46,147 bases of DNA, taken from NCBI GenBank assembly GCA_018066065.1, contig JAGHSC010000173.1:1-46147 (forward strand). Reading direction: 5' to 3'. The translations under genes were made by a program, and so were the position numbers. How positions within the stretch are numbered: position 1 is the first letter of the stretch; the number at the start of each line of letters is the position of its first letter. The DNA is from Candidatus Cryptobacteroides faecihippi. Its GTDB lineage: Bacteria; Bacteroidota; Bacteroidia; Bacteroidales; UBA932. Below are positions 35,844 through 44,542 of the stretch, piece by piece. Below the pieces are notes generated by a model, which was not told the DNA's origin, did no database searches, and saw only the letters and a program-made list of their open reading frames with translations.

Positions 35844-38714
35844 CTACTCGTTGTCCTCGGGCCACGGGTAGTCTGTCTTTTTAAGGGTTACCGGACCGAT
35901 GAGACCGGCCGGAAGGAGTTGGCTTTCTGAATCGAAGAACTTCATTGCCGTGTAGCAGATGCGCTCCGCACCTGGTCTCTCGTCCCCGACCAGCCTGTTT
36001 GTCCAGCAGTTCGTCACGGTGATCTCCAGCGAGTTCGTTCCCTCCCTGAGTGCTGCGGTCACGTCCACGCGGAAAGGCTTCTTCCACAGCAGCCCGAGAT
36101 CTTTCCCGTTCAGCCTGACCCTTGCCATGTCGCAGACCTCGCCAAGATCCAGGAAAACCTTCCCGAAAGGTAGCTCGTCAATCTCGAAATCCTTTGAATA
36201 TGTGGCACTTCCGGAGAAGCACCTGATGCCGTCGTCAGAGCAGTGCGTCCAGGATTCCAGTTCCTTGAACATGTGCTCTGCGGGGGCTCCGCGACCTTCC
36301 TGGAACCTGACGCTCCACGGGCCGGCAATCTCGAGGCTGTCACTCACCGTGACTTCGGGAACCATGAAGGACGCCTCATCCGTGTCCTCTGTCATGACAA
36401 TGAACTGAGAATCATCAGGCGTCATGTGCAGCAGGACTTCGGTCCTGCCGTCCTTCCGGCTGAAGGAAGCATCCTCGATGGAGCCATCGTCCGCATGCCA
36501 GATCACAGGCCTGCATCCGTCAGCTCTCAGCGAGACCTCGACCTTCCTTCCTGACTTCGAGAGATTTGCCACCCAGTAGATGTCTCCCTTGTCCAGCTTC
36601 CTGTGCACGAACCTGAGACTGTCGGAAGATCCTCCCGAGACCACTTCCATGTCCATTTCCAGCCCCGAGGAGAGCAGAGCCTTCTGAATGTCCTCATATT
36701 CAATGACATTCCTTCTGCCTCTGTCCCAGACTCTGGAGACCATCCTTGCAAACCTGGCATCGCTGGCCTTCAGGTTGGCGCATCCGACAGGCCTTGGCCC
36801 CTGGATGACGACGCCTCTGCGCGCCAGCTTGAGGATCTTCTTCAGCACCGGCATGGACATGTACCTGACCTCCCTGTCGATGACCAGGACGCCGTAGTCC
36901 ATGCCTGTGTCCGTGACTAGATGCTTCCTCCTCACCTTGAGCATGTTGAGAAGTATGTCAGCGTTGATGAAATCGAAGTTGAATCCTTCCGGGATGGAGA
37001 CTCTTTCCGAGAAGAACCTTCCGGTGACGTTCCTGTCCTCGCCGTAGAAGTAGGCTATGTCCGCAGCGTTCCTTCCCTGCTGTAGCATGTAGCAGCTCCT
37101 GGAGAGGTAGTCTGTCCAGGTCCTGGCTTCCTCTGCCCAGGTGTCATGCCTGGTGAACCACTGACCGTATCTTCCGAGTCCGAGTCCCGGGACGTGGTCA
37201 TCTGACGGCTGGTGCACCGAGGTGTGGATGGTGAATCTGTTCAATCCGCAGGCCATTGCAGCATCGGCCGCCGGCTTCAGGTTGCCTGGGTTGCACCTGT
37301 AGGCTTCGAATCCGTCCCACTTTCCTGGGAAACCATTGGTGGTGAATGACTCAGCTGCGCAGATGTTCTGCCCGTAGATGTGTGCGACTGATGAGGATTC
37401 CTTGAGATCGGCCTCGCAGGTCGGGTAGAGGTCATGCCAGCCGGCCCTGTACCTGACCCAGAAGGCGGACATAGGGATGTCGGCGTGTCTCTTGACCATC
37501 ATGCCGTCTCCGACGAAGGCTGTCCTTTCCTCGTGTGATTCCGTGTGTCTCTTCATCCCGAGAGGGGAGAGTATCCCGTCCACGACATCGTAGTGGTTCT
37601 CGGCGATCAGTTCCCCAAGGGTCTGCCTCCAGTCGAAGAGGAAACGTTCGCTCTCTTCGGCGCTTCCAATGACCTGGCCGGCAAGCACTGGAAGCCACTG
37701 TCTCAGGCTGTAATGCCTTCTGGCCTGGAATTCCTTCTCCATTCCAGGGGTCCATGTTCCCTTTCCGGATTCGTAGCTGTCGATCATCAGGTGGCTGATG
37801 ACACTGCCAAGCCGGTCATTGCTGGCCTCCCTGTACATCGAGAGATAATTGTCATAGTACCTCCTTACAGCCTCTCTGTCGAGCTTGTCCACCTCCAGTC
37901 CTGTCGCTTCCGGGGAGGCTGGTCCGTTTCTTCTGCCTAGAAGGTTGAAACCGAAGCGGAAGACTTTCCAGCGTCCCTGAGGTGCATCCCATTCGAGGAT
38001 TCCGTCGTTGCAACTGGAAGTTATGTCCAGCACATCGTCAAGAGGGGTGATGTCTTCAGTGGCTCCGGTCCTGATCGAGTCCGTGATTGTGTAGTCTGTG
38101 TCGAACCCGCTCCTTACCCTGCTGCAGGCTATCCTGGCCGTGTCCATCGGAGGGCACTTCACCGCAATCACGCAGATGTCCCTGTAGAAGGAGTATCTTT
38201 CAGGATCATCCTTGAATGCCAGCTCTTCCTGGTAAGGTCCGCTGTTGCGGAGCGGTTCAGGGAGCGGCCCCCTGAAATGCGTGCCTCCCTCGACAGACAT
38301 CTCCCTCCAAGTCAGCTTCTTCTCTGCATCCTCCTCACTGACCCAGGGACCTCCGGTGATGCTCCATCCCGGGGAACTGGCGATCGTTACTTCCATCCCG
38401 AGGGAATCTGCGAGGTCCAGAGCATAGTTGAAGGCATCCTTCCATTCCTCAGACATGTAGACGAGTCTCCTGTCGACGATCTGAGGGCTCTCGAGGCCTG
38501 CATCGAAGTTGTGGAAACCGACGATTCCGGCGCGGTCCATCCATTCGAGATCCTTGCGGATACCGTCCTTGGTGATGTTCCCGTTCATCCAGTGCCACCA
38601 TACTCTTGGCCGGTATTGGCGTGGCGGGTTGCGGAATTCTTCGATGGATGGCTGGGCGATGGCGGAGGAAAGCACCGTCATGAGCAGTATGGAGAGAGAG
38701 ATCAAGCGTTTCAT
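35844..38714 (-). CDS. GH106 alpha-L-rhamnosidase-like glycoside hydrolase
   Basis: RPRVWWHWMNGNITKDGI, DSYESG, AAESFT, HTSVHQP, and a C-terminal LDLGEV...NGKDLG...N-SLEITVTN beta-sandwich. Start MKRLISLSILL at 38714. Confidence 0.85.
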   Translation of the reverse strand: MKRLISLSILLMTVLSSAIAQPSIEEFRNPPRQYRPRVWWHWMNGNITKDGIRKDLEWMDRAGIVGFHNFDAGLESPQIVDRRLVYMSEEWKDAFNYALDLADSLGMEVTIASSPGWSITGGPWVSEEDAEKKLTWREMSVEGGTHFRGPLPEPLRNSGPYQEELAFKDDPERYSFYRDICVIAVKCPPMDTARIACSRVRSGFDTDYTITDSIRTGATEDITPLDDVLDITSSCNDGILEWDAPQGRWKVFRFGFNLLGRRNGPASPEATGLEVDKLDREAVRRYYDNYLSMYREASNDRLGSVISHLMIDSYESGKGTWTPGMEKEFQARRHYSLRQWLPVLAGQVIGSAEESERFLFDWRQTLGELIAENHYDVVDGILSPLGMKRHTESHEERTAFVGDGMMVKRHADIPMSAFWVRYRAGWHDLYPTCEADLKESSSVAHIYGQNICAAESFTTNGFPGKWDGFEAYRCNPGNLKPAADAAMACGLNRFTIHTSVHQPSDDHVPGLGLGRYGQWFTRHDTWAEEARTWTDYLSRSCYMLQQGRNAADIAYFYGEDRNVTGRFFSERVSIPEGFNFDFINADILLNMLKVRRKHLVTDTGMDYGVLVIDREVRYMSMPVLKKILKLARRGVVIQGPRPVGCANLKASDARFARMVSRVWDRGRRNVIEYEDIQKALLSSGLEMDMEVVSGGSSDSLRFVHRKLDKGDIYWVANLSKSGRKVEVSLRADGCRPVIWHADDGSIEDASFSRKDGRTEVLLHMTPDDSQFIVMTEDTDEASFMVPEVTVSDSLEIAGPWSVRFQEGRGAPAEHMFKELESWTHCSDDGIRCFSGSATYSKDFEIDELPFGKVFLDLGEVCDMARVRLNGKDLGLLWKKPFRVDVTAALREGTNSLEITVTNCWTNRLVGDERPGAERICYTAMKFFDSESQLLPAGLIGPVTLKKTDYPWPEDNE

Positions 38715-38777
38715 ATCAAGTGATAAAGGTAAGGAATAATCCCATCTTCTCAATTATTTTGCGTTACTTTGTGGAAT

Positions 38778-39782
38778 ATGAGAACAATGATCTACGGCGC
38801 CGGTTCGCTTGGAACCATACTCGGCGCATTCATCACGAAGAACGGGGGCCAGGTGGACCTCGTCAACCGCAACAAGGCACATGTGGAAGCTCTGAAGGCC
38901 AATGGAGCCACCATCACTGGAACACTTGAATTCAACCAGAAAGTCAATGCAATGACTCCGGACGAGATGACCGGAGTCTACGACATCATCTTCCTGATGA
39001 CCAAGCAGCAGCATAATCCGGAGGTTGTTGCATCCCTCAAGCCTTTCCTGGCAGTCGACGGGGTGATCGTCACTCTCCAGAACGGTCTTCCCGAACTTCA
39101 GATCGGCGAGATTGTCGGTGACGAAAGGGTCCTGGGCTGCACTGTTGCCTGGGGTGCGACGATGAAGGAGCCGGGTGTCTGCGAACTGACCAGCTCACCG
39201 GACAGCCTGACATTCTCACTCGGTTCACTGAGCAGCAAGCCTTCGGCTCACCTCGGTGACGTCAAGGCTCTCCTGGAACTGATGGGACCGGTTGAACTGG
39301 ACTCCAACTTCGTCGGCAACCGCTGGAGCAAGCTTCTGATAAATGCTTCATTCTCAGGGATGAGTGCCGTCATGGGCTGTACTTTCGGGGAAGCTGCAGC
39401 CGACAAGTCCTCCAGAAGGATTGTCCAGGCCATCATCAAGGAATGCATAGAAGTCTGCAAGGCTGCCGGCATCAGGATCGAGCCGATCCAGGGAAAGGAC
39501 GTCGTCAAGCTGCTGGACTTCAACGGTCCGATCAAGAAAGCAATCTCATTCATGATCATACCGATAGCGATCAGGAAGCATGCACTCCTCAAGGCCAGCA
39601 TGCTTCAGGATCTCGAGAAGGGCAAGAAGACCGAGGTTGATGCCATCAACGGCGTTGTCTGCGCCTTCGGCCGCAAGGTCGGAGTCCCTACACCGATGAA
39701 CGACAAGGTCGTCGAGATAATCCACAAGGCGGAAGAAGGGAAACTCTCCCCGGGCCGCTCAAACCTTGAACTGCTCGCATGA
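38778..39782 (+). CDS. panE: 2-dehydropantoate 2-reductase (ketopantoate reductase) family
   Basis: IYGAGSLG, TLQNG, WSKLLIN, SMLQDL, TEVDAING. Confidence 0.88.
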   Translation: MRTMIYGAGSLGTILGAFITKNGGQVDLVNRNKAHVEALKANGATITGTLEFNQKVNAMTPDEMTGVYDIIFLMTKQQHNPEVVASLKPFLAVDGVIVTLQNGLPELQIGEIVGDERVLGCTVAWGATMKEPGVCELTSSPDSLTFSLGSLSSKPSAHLGDVKALLELMGPVELDSNFVGNRWSKLLINASFSGMSAVMGCTFGEAAADKSSRRIVQAIIKECIEVCKAAGIRIEPIQGKDVVKLLDFNGPIKKAISFMIIPIAIRKHALLKASMLQDLEKGKKTEVDAINGVVCAFGRKVGVPTPMNDKVVEIIHKAEEGKLSPGRSNLELLA

Positions 39783-41232
39783 TGCGGTTCAGCTTAAGGC
39801 GTTTCGCTGCCGTAGCTGCGGCTTCCGTGGCCATCATTCTCTCGTCATGCTCGAGTGGTCCGCTGAAGCACGCCGACTGGGCCCCTGATGTCCGCTCGGC
39901 TCTGAATGATTTCATCCGTACCTACGGCAATGGCCCTCAGAAGGAATATGTTGTCTTCGACTTCGACAACACTACTTCCATCTTTGACATCTCCGAGCAG
40001 CTGATGATCTACCAGCTTGAGACAATGAGCTTCGGCCTCACCCCTCAGGAATTCGTCGAGGCTGTGGTCGAGCCGGAGGCCGATGCACCGCAGCCCGTCA
40101 GGGAGAAGGTTGCCGAACTTGCTGCGGACTACGAAGCCCTTTACGAAAGGTTCGGACATTCACTCCCGCAGGCCTCTCCGAGGACGCAATGCAAGGCGTC
40201 AGGGAGTCCGACCTCTGGAAATCATTTGCCATCGAGATGGGTCACATGTATGACTTCCTTCAGGATTTCATGACTGCCGATGAAGCCTATCTCTGGGTGC
40301 TTGGATGGTTCTCCGGCATGACAGAGGAAGAACTCTACGACCTGGCAAGGAGGTCGCACACTGAATATTCAAGGGTGGAGACGCGCCGCAGGTCATGGAC
40401 CCTCGGGGAAAGGACTCACTCATGGATCGATGGAGTTGCTGTGACCGACAATTTGAGGGAGCTCTGGAAGGCTTTGAATGACAATGGGATAGATGTGTGG
40501 GTCTGCTCTGCGTCTCCCGTGATGCCTGTCCTGGCTGCAGTGGATGCCTTCGGCCTTCACGACATGTGCAGGGGCGTTGTCGCGATGACCATGTCCATCG
40601 ACTCCACCGGCAGGTTCGGAAGCACCTATGACTATGAGACAGGCTATGGATTCCACGCCATCCCTGGCGGAGGCTGGGAGAGGGGAACACTTCCGACCAG
40701 GACCCAGACCATGAGTCAGGGAAAGGTCACCTCGATCGTCAACAGCATCGCACCTGAATATTCAGGCCGCGGGCCGCTTGCCGGTTTCATGGACTCTACA
40801 GGCGATTTCTGCTTCTGCACCGAGTTCTCCTCGCTCAAGCTTGCGCTCTGCTTCAACAGGGCCGACCGCAAGGTGACCGACGGAGGAGCTTTGATCGCGG
40901 AGACTGCTGTCTACGAACGTGACGTGCTGGGCTATGACCTGAAGAAGGCTGCTGCTGCCGGAGATGTGCTCTATCTGCTTCAGGGACGTGACGAAAATGG
41001 TCTCCGAAGCCTTCGCCCATCCAACCTGACGATCCGTTTCGGAGAGACCGTGCAGAAGCTTTTCCGTGGCGCCGAGAACGAGGCACAACTTGAGTACTTC
41101 AAACAGAACAATCTGACAGTGAAAGAGATACTCGAGAGATTCTGCATCGAGACCGAGGCAGATGATGCCTCCAATCCGCTTGGGTTCAAGTACGGTTTCC
41201 TTTCCGACTATCCCGGCTACCGCTCGCTCTGA
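39779..41232 (+). pseudogene. HAD-family hydrolase lipoprotein split by a 1-nt frameshift near 40157 (pseudogene or sequencing error)
   Basis: The first ORF has lipobox ILSSC and motif I (VFDFDNT). The second ORF has VCSAS, QGKV and DSTGD (motifs II-IV). Adding one base at GGA CA TTC joins them into one 484-aa frame. Confidence 0.8.
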
Positions 41233-41845
41233 CACCGATGACGATGTTCATCAGGTAGGTGATGGCTCCCAGACCCTGCCCGATCAGGAGCACTATGTCC
41301 TTCCTGAAGATTGCGTAGATGATGATCATCACCGATCCGGTCAGGCTGATGATCCAGAACATCAGCGGCAGAGCCGAGACGCTCCTCCTTGCGGAGTAGA
41401 TCACCTGGTAGATGAACCTTGTGTTGAAGACCATCTGCGAGATCGTTCCGAATGCCACCAGCCAGAGAGGGATTCCGTCCTTCCTGAAGAAATCCTGTAC
41501 AAACCGCCCTGCATCGTTGAGGACGAGTGCGGCAGCCAGCACCGGGGTCATGAAGATGACGCCCCTGAAGATGGCCGTCATCCCGTTCCAAGTGCCTCTT
41601 TCCTTGAGGTTCCAGATGTAGATGTAGTAGTTGATGAACTGACCGAAGAGGATTGAGAAATCATTCCTGAGCCATCCGTAGATGAACATCAGCCAGGATC
41701 CGGCCAGGCTGAAGATCCAGAACGAAGTCGGCGAGGCGATCTTCCTTTCCTTCTCGGACTTGTACAGCTGCACTATGATCCTGACGCTGAAGAAAGCCTG
41801 CGCCAGGAAGCCTATTGCCGCCACAACTGTGCTCTGGATGTCCAT
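41186..41845 (-). CDS. Lipid-A-biosynthesis N-terminal (LAB_N) domain membrane protein, two repeats
   Basis: GFLAQAFFSVRIIVQ...SE...PTSFWIFSLAGS and a second repeat FNTRFIYQ...PLMFWIISLTGS; the 3' end overlaps the HAD gene by 47 nt. Confidence 0.8.
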   Translation of the reverse strand: MDIQSTVVAAIGFLAQAFFSVRIIVQLYKSEKERKIASPTSFWIFSLAGSWLMFIYGWLRNDFSILFGQFINYYIYIWNLKERGTWNGMTAIFRGVIFMTPVLAAALVLNDAGRFVQDFFRKDGIPLWLVAFGTISQMVFNTRFIYQVIYSARRSVSALPLMFWIISLTGSVMIIIYAIFRKDIVLLIGQGLGAITYLMNIVIGVRASGSRDSRKGNRT

Positions 41846-41862
41846 CAGGCCGTGTGCGAACC

Positions 41863-44421
41863 TTATCTTGCCTTTGCGTAGAGGTCGTGGGAACCATGGC
41901 CAAGTTCCATCCCTTCGATGGTAGCCGTGATGCCTGACGGGATGTCGACACGCAGGTTCACCTCATCACCCTTGCGCTCCCATGACACGCAGATGGTGCC
42001 GTATGGGGTCTCCTGGGACACTCTGACCCAGTCGAGTCCTTCAGGGTACTGCGGTTCGATCCTTACATGCTTGAATCCCGGCTTGTCCTGGATGATTCCT
42101 CCAAGTGCCTGGTAGAACCAGCTTCCGATTCCGTTGAAGCAGTTGTGGAGCTGGCTGCGAGGATTGTCCCAGTCTTCCCATGTGGCGGTTGCGCCATTGT
42201 CCAGCATGTAGAGGTAGCCTGGGTAGGATCTCTTCTTCAGCATTCCGTAGACAAAGTCGGCTTCCTTCTCGAGTGCGGCCCACTCTGCCATGACAGGGAT
42301 TCCGACCAGTCCGAGACCGAGGTGTCCTCCATTCAGTTCCCTGGTACGCTCGAAGAGCTTGGCCTTGACCTGCTCCCTGATTCCCTCTGGTGTCGCACCC
42401 ACGAGCATAGGATAGATCATGTCGAGCTGGGATCCGGTACCGTAAATCCCTTCATCCTCGTGGTAGAATACCTTGTTGATGAGGCTGTCGGTGGCATGCT
42501 TCCTGGCGACGAATTCCTTCTCATCCTCAGCCTTGCCAAGGATTCCCGCGATCTTGATCAGGTCGGCGTAGCTCTGGCTGAGAGCGCAGTTGTTGACCAG
42601 GTCGACAGATTCCTCCAGAGTGACATCGGTTCCTCTTGGGGCAAGCCAGTCTCCCAGGTACCATGCCCTCCTGTCGTCTTCAGGCCATTTCTTGAGAAGT
42701 CCGTCGACGGAGTAGGTGTCGACATAGCCGAGCCATTTCTTCATGGTCTCGTAGCATCTCTCGAGAGGTCTGGTGTCGCCGGATGCCATGTAGACCCTCC
42801 ATGGGGCCTGGACGATGAACGAGCACCAGTATGGGCCGCCTCCGGCACTGATAGGGCTTGGGGCGGTGTGGCGAAGGTGTCCGTCCTCTCCGACGGTGTC
42901 GTTCCATGCCTGGAGCCAGTTCATGTAGAGAGGACTTATGTCGTAGATTGTCTGGAGCGAGAGGCAGGAGGCGTTGCCGTCTCCGCCATAGCCGAGTCTC
43001 TCGATGCTTGCGCAGTCGACCATGTAGCCGCTGAAGACAAGGTTGTCCATCGTGTAGGCCACCATGTCGTGGATCCTGTCAAGGTCAGGGTCGGAGCTGT
43101 GGAAGGAACTTCCCTTTGCGTCGCATGCGCCGAATCTGTGGGCCTTGACATCGCCGAGGGCAGGCCTCTCATGCACACCTTCGAGTATCGCATACCTGAA
43201 CACATGATGGTTGAACTTGCTGCGGAAGATGTCCTTTGCCGGATCACCGCAGCAGACCATCTCGTCGAAGCCCCATCCCTGGTCCTTGCCTCTGTTCTGG
43301 GTCTCGTCGCTGTACAGGATCCTCACCTCGTCGCCTGCGGCCTGTCCCTTGAGGGCAACCTCGATCTGGGCGTTCATGACCTTGCCCATGTCCACGATCC
43401 ACCTGTCCTTGCCGGCCGGCTCGATGCTGACTGCCGGAACGACTTCCTTGAGGATGTTCGCTGCGCACATCTGAGGTGTGGCCTGCGGGATGCTTACCTT
43501 CACGACATCGACCCCGACCGGACCGAGCTTGTCAAGGCTCGCGGCGCAGAGGCATTCAGGAATCCTTCCGGTCTCGACTTTCTCTCCACCGAACTGTCCG
43601 GAGTACCAGATGGAGTTGTTTGAATATCCACTCTCGACGCCCTTCCATGAGCTGTCGGTGTAAGCGACGGTGGACCATTCCCCACCGCTGAGCACGTCCA
43701 GGCAAGCCTTTACGAGCGGCCCGTCATACTCGGCCTTGAAGTGGCCTTTCCTGTTGTACCATCCCTGTCCCATCCAGATGGCGATGTCGTTCTTTCCCTT
43801 CCTGAGGAATGGGGTGACGTCGTAGGTGACGATGAGGGATCTCTTGTCAAGCTGGGACACAGCTGGTGTCAGTACTGTCTCCGAGACTCTGTGACCGTTG
43901 ACATAGGCTTCGTGGTAGCCAAGGGAGTTGACATGCAGGAATGCTGTCTTTCCCGCATCCTTTGTCTTGAAGGTCGAGTAGACGACAGGGGAGTGCATGG
44001 CTTCTCCGCCGCATGCTCCCACATATTCACCGGGCATGACATCCGGGCTGATGATTCCCACACTGAACCTCTGGGGCTCACTCCAGTCTTTTCCGTTGAC
44101 GGAAACCCTCCACCAGCAGAGTTCCCTGGAGGAGAGCTGCTTCCCGGCGTAAGGCACCATGACGCAGTCGTCTGAGCTTACCGATCCGCTGTCCCACAGG
44201 TCGGCCTTCCCGTCCTGCAGCGCCTTGAGGGTGGTGGCTGCCTGGATCCTGTAGGTCTTCTGAATCTCATTGACCTTCCAGCTGAAATGAGGTGTGGTGT
44301 TGTCGATTCCCAAAGGGCTGTGGAGTCCTTCGCATCTGAGGTCTGTCACGTTCCTGCCGGAAGCATGCATGGCGATGCACACTGAAATGGCTGCAACTGC
44401 GGAAAGGATGATTCTTTTCAT
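41863..44421 (-). CDS. GH78 alpha-L-rhamnosidase
   Basis: DLRCE...PLGID...PHFSW, DLWDSG, LGYHEAYVNG, VDCASIERLGYGGD, LGDWLAP, GATATWEDW; signal peptide from 44421. Confidence 0.88.
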   Translation of the reverse strand: MKRIILSAVAAISVCIAMHASGRNVTDLRCEGLHSPLGIDNTTPHFSWKVNEIQKTYRIQAATTLKALQDGKADLWDSGSVSSDDCVMVPYAGKQLSSRELCWWRVSVNGKDWSEPQRFSVGIISPDVMPGEYVGACGGEAMHSPVVYSTFKTKDAGKTAFLHVNSLGYHEAYVNGHRVSETVLTPAVSQLDKRSLIVTYDVTPFLRKGKNDIAIWMGQGWYNRKGHFKAEYDGPLVKACLDVLSGGEWSTVAYTDSSWKGVESGYSNNSIWYSGQFGGEKVETGRIPECLCAASLDKLGPVGVDVVKVSIPQATPQMCAANILKEVVPAVSIEPAGKDRWIVDMGKVMNAQIEVALKGQAAGDEVRILYSDETQNRGKDQGWGFDEMVCCGDPAKDIFRSKFNHHVFRYAILEGVHERPALGDVKAHRFGACDAKGSSFHSSDPDLDRIHDMVAYTMDNLVFSGYMVDCASIERLGYGGDGNASCLSLQTIYDISPLYMNWLQAWNDTVGEDGHLRHTAPSPISAGGGPYWCSFIVQAPWRVYMASGDTRPLERCYETMKKWLGYVDTYSVDGLLKKWPEDDRRAWYLGDWLAPRGTDVTLEESVDLVNNCALSQSYADLIKIAGILGKAEDEKEFVARKHATDSLINKVFYHEDEGIYGTGSQLDMIYPMLVGATPEGIREQVKAKLFERTRELNGGHLGLGLVGIPVMAEWAALEKEADFVYGMLKKRSYPGYLYMLDNGATATWEDWDNPRSQLHNCFNGIGSWFYQALGGIIQDKPGFKHVRIEPQYPEGLDWVRVSQETPYGTICVSWERKGDEVNLRVDIPSGITATIEGMELGHGSHDLYAKAR

Positions 44422-44442
44422 GTGATGTGTTTTTCTTATTCC

Positions 44443-44480
44443 CAAATATAATGATTTTAATCAATGATTTGATATATTTG
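44443..44480. promoter_or_regulatory. Back-to-back divergent -7 elements
   Basis: TATATTTG on the minus strand (44443-44450) and TATATTTG on the plus strand (44473-44480). Confidence 0.6.
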
Positions 44481-44542
44481 TCCTTTTGGGACACGGTTTC
44501 GTGTCCATGCGAATGAATATCCAAACAATCAGACAGTAGAAT

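Noticed and set aside
42067-43623. 518-aa antisense ORF
   Set aside because: Shadow of GH78; no recognisable motifs or protein-like composition.
44447-44465. Fur-box-like sequence
   Set aside because: Only about 12 of 19 matches in an AT-rich spacer, and the flanking genes have no iron link.
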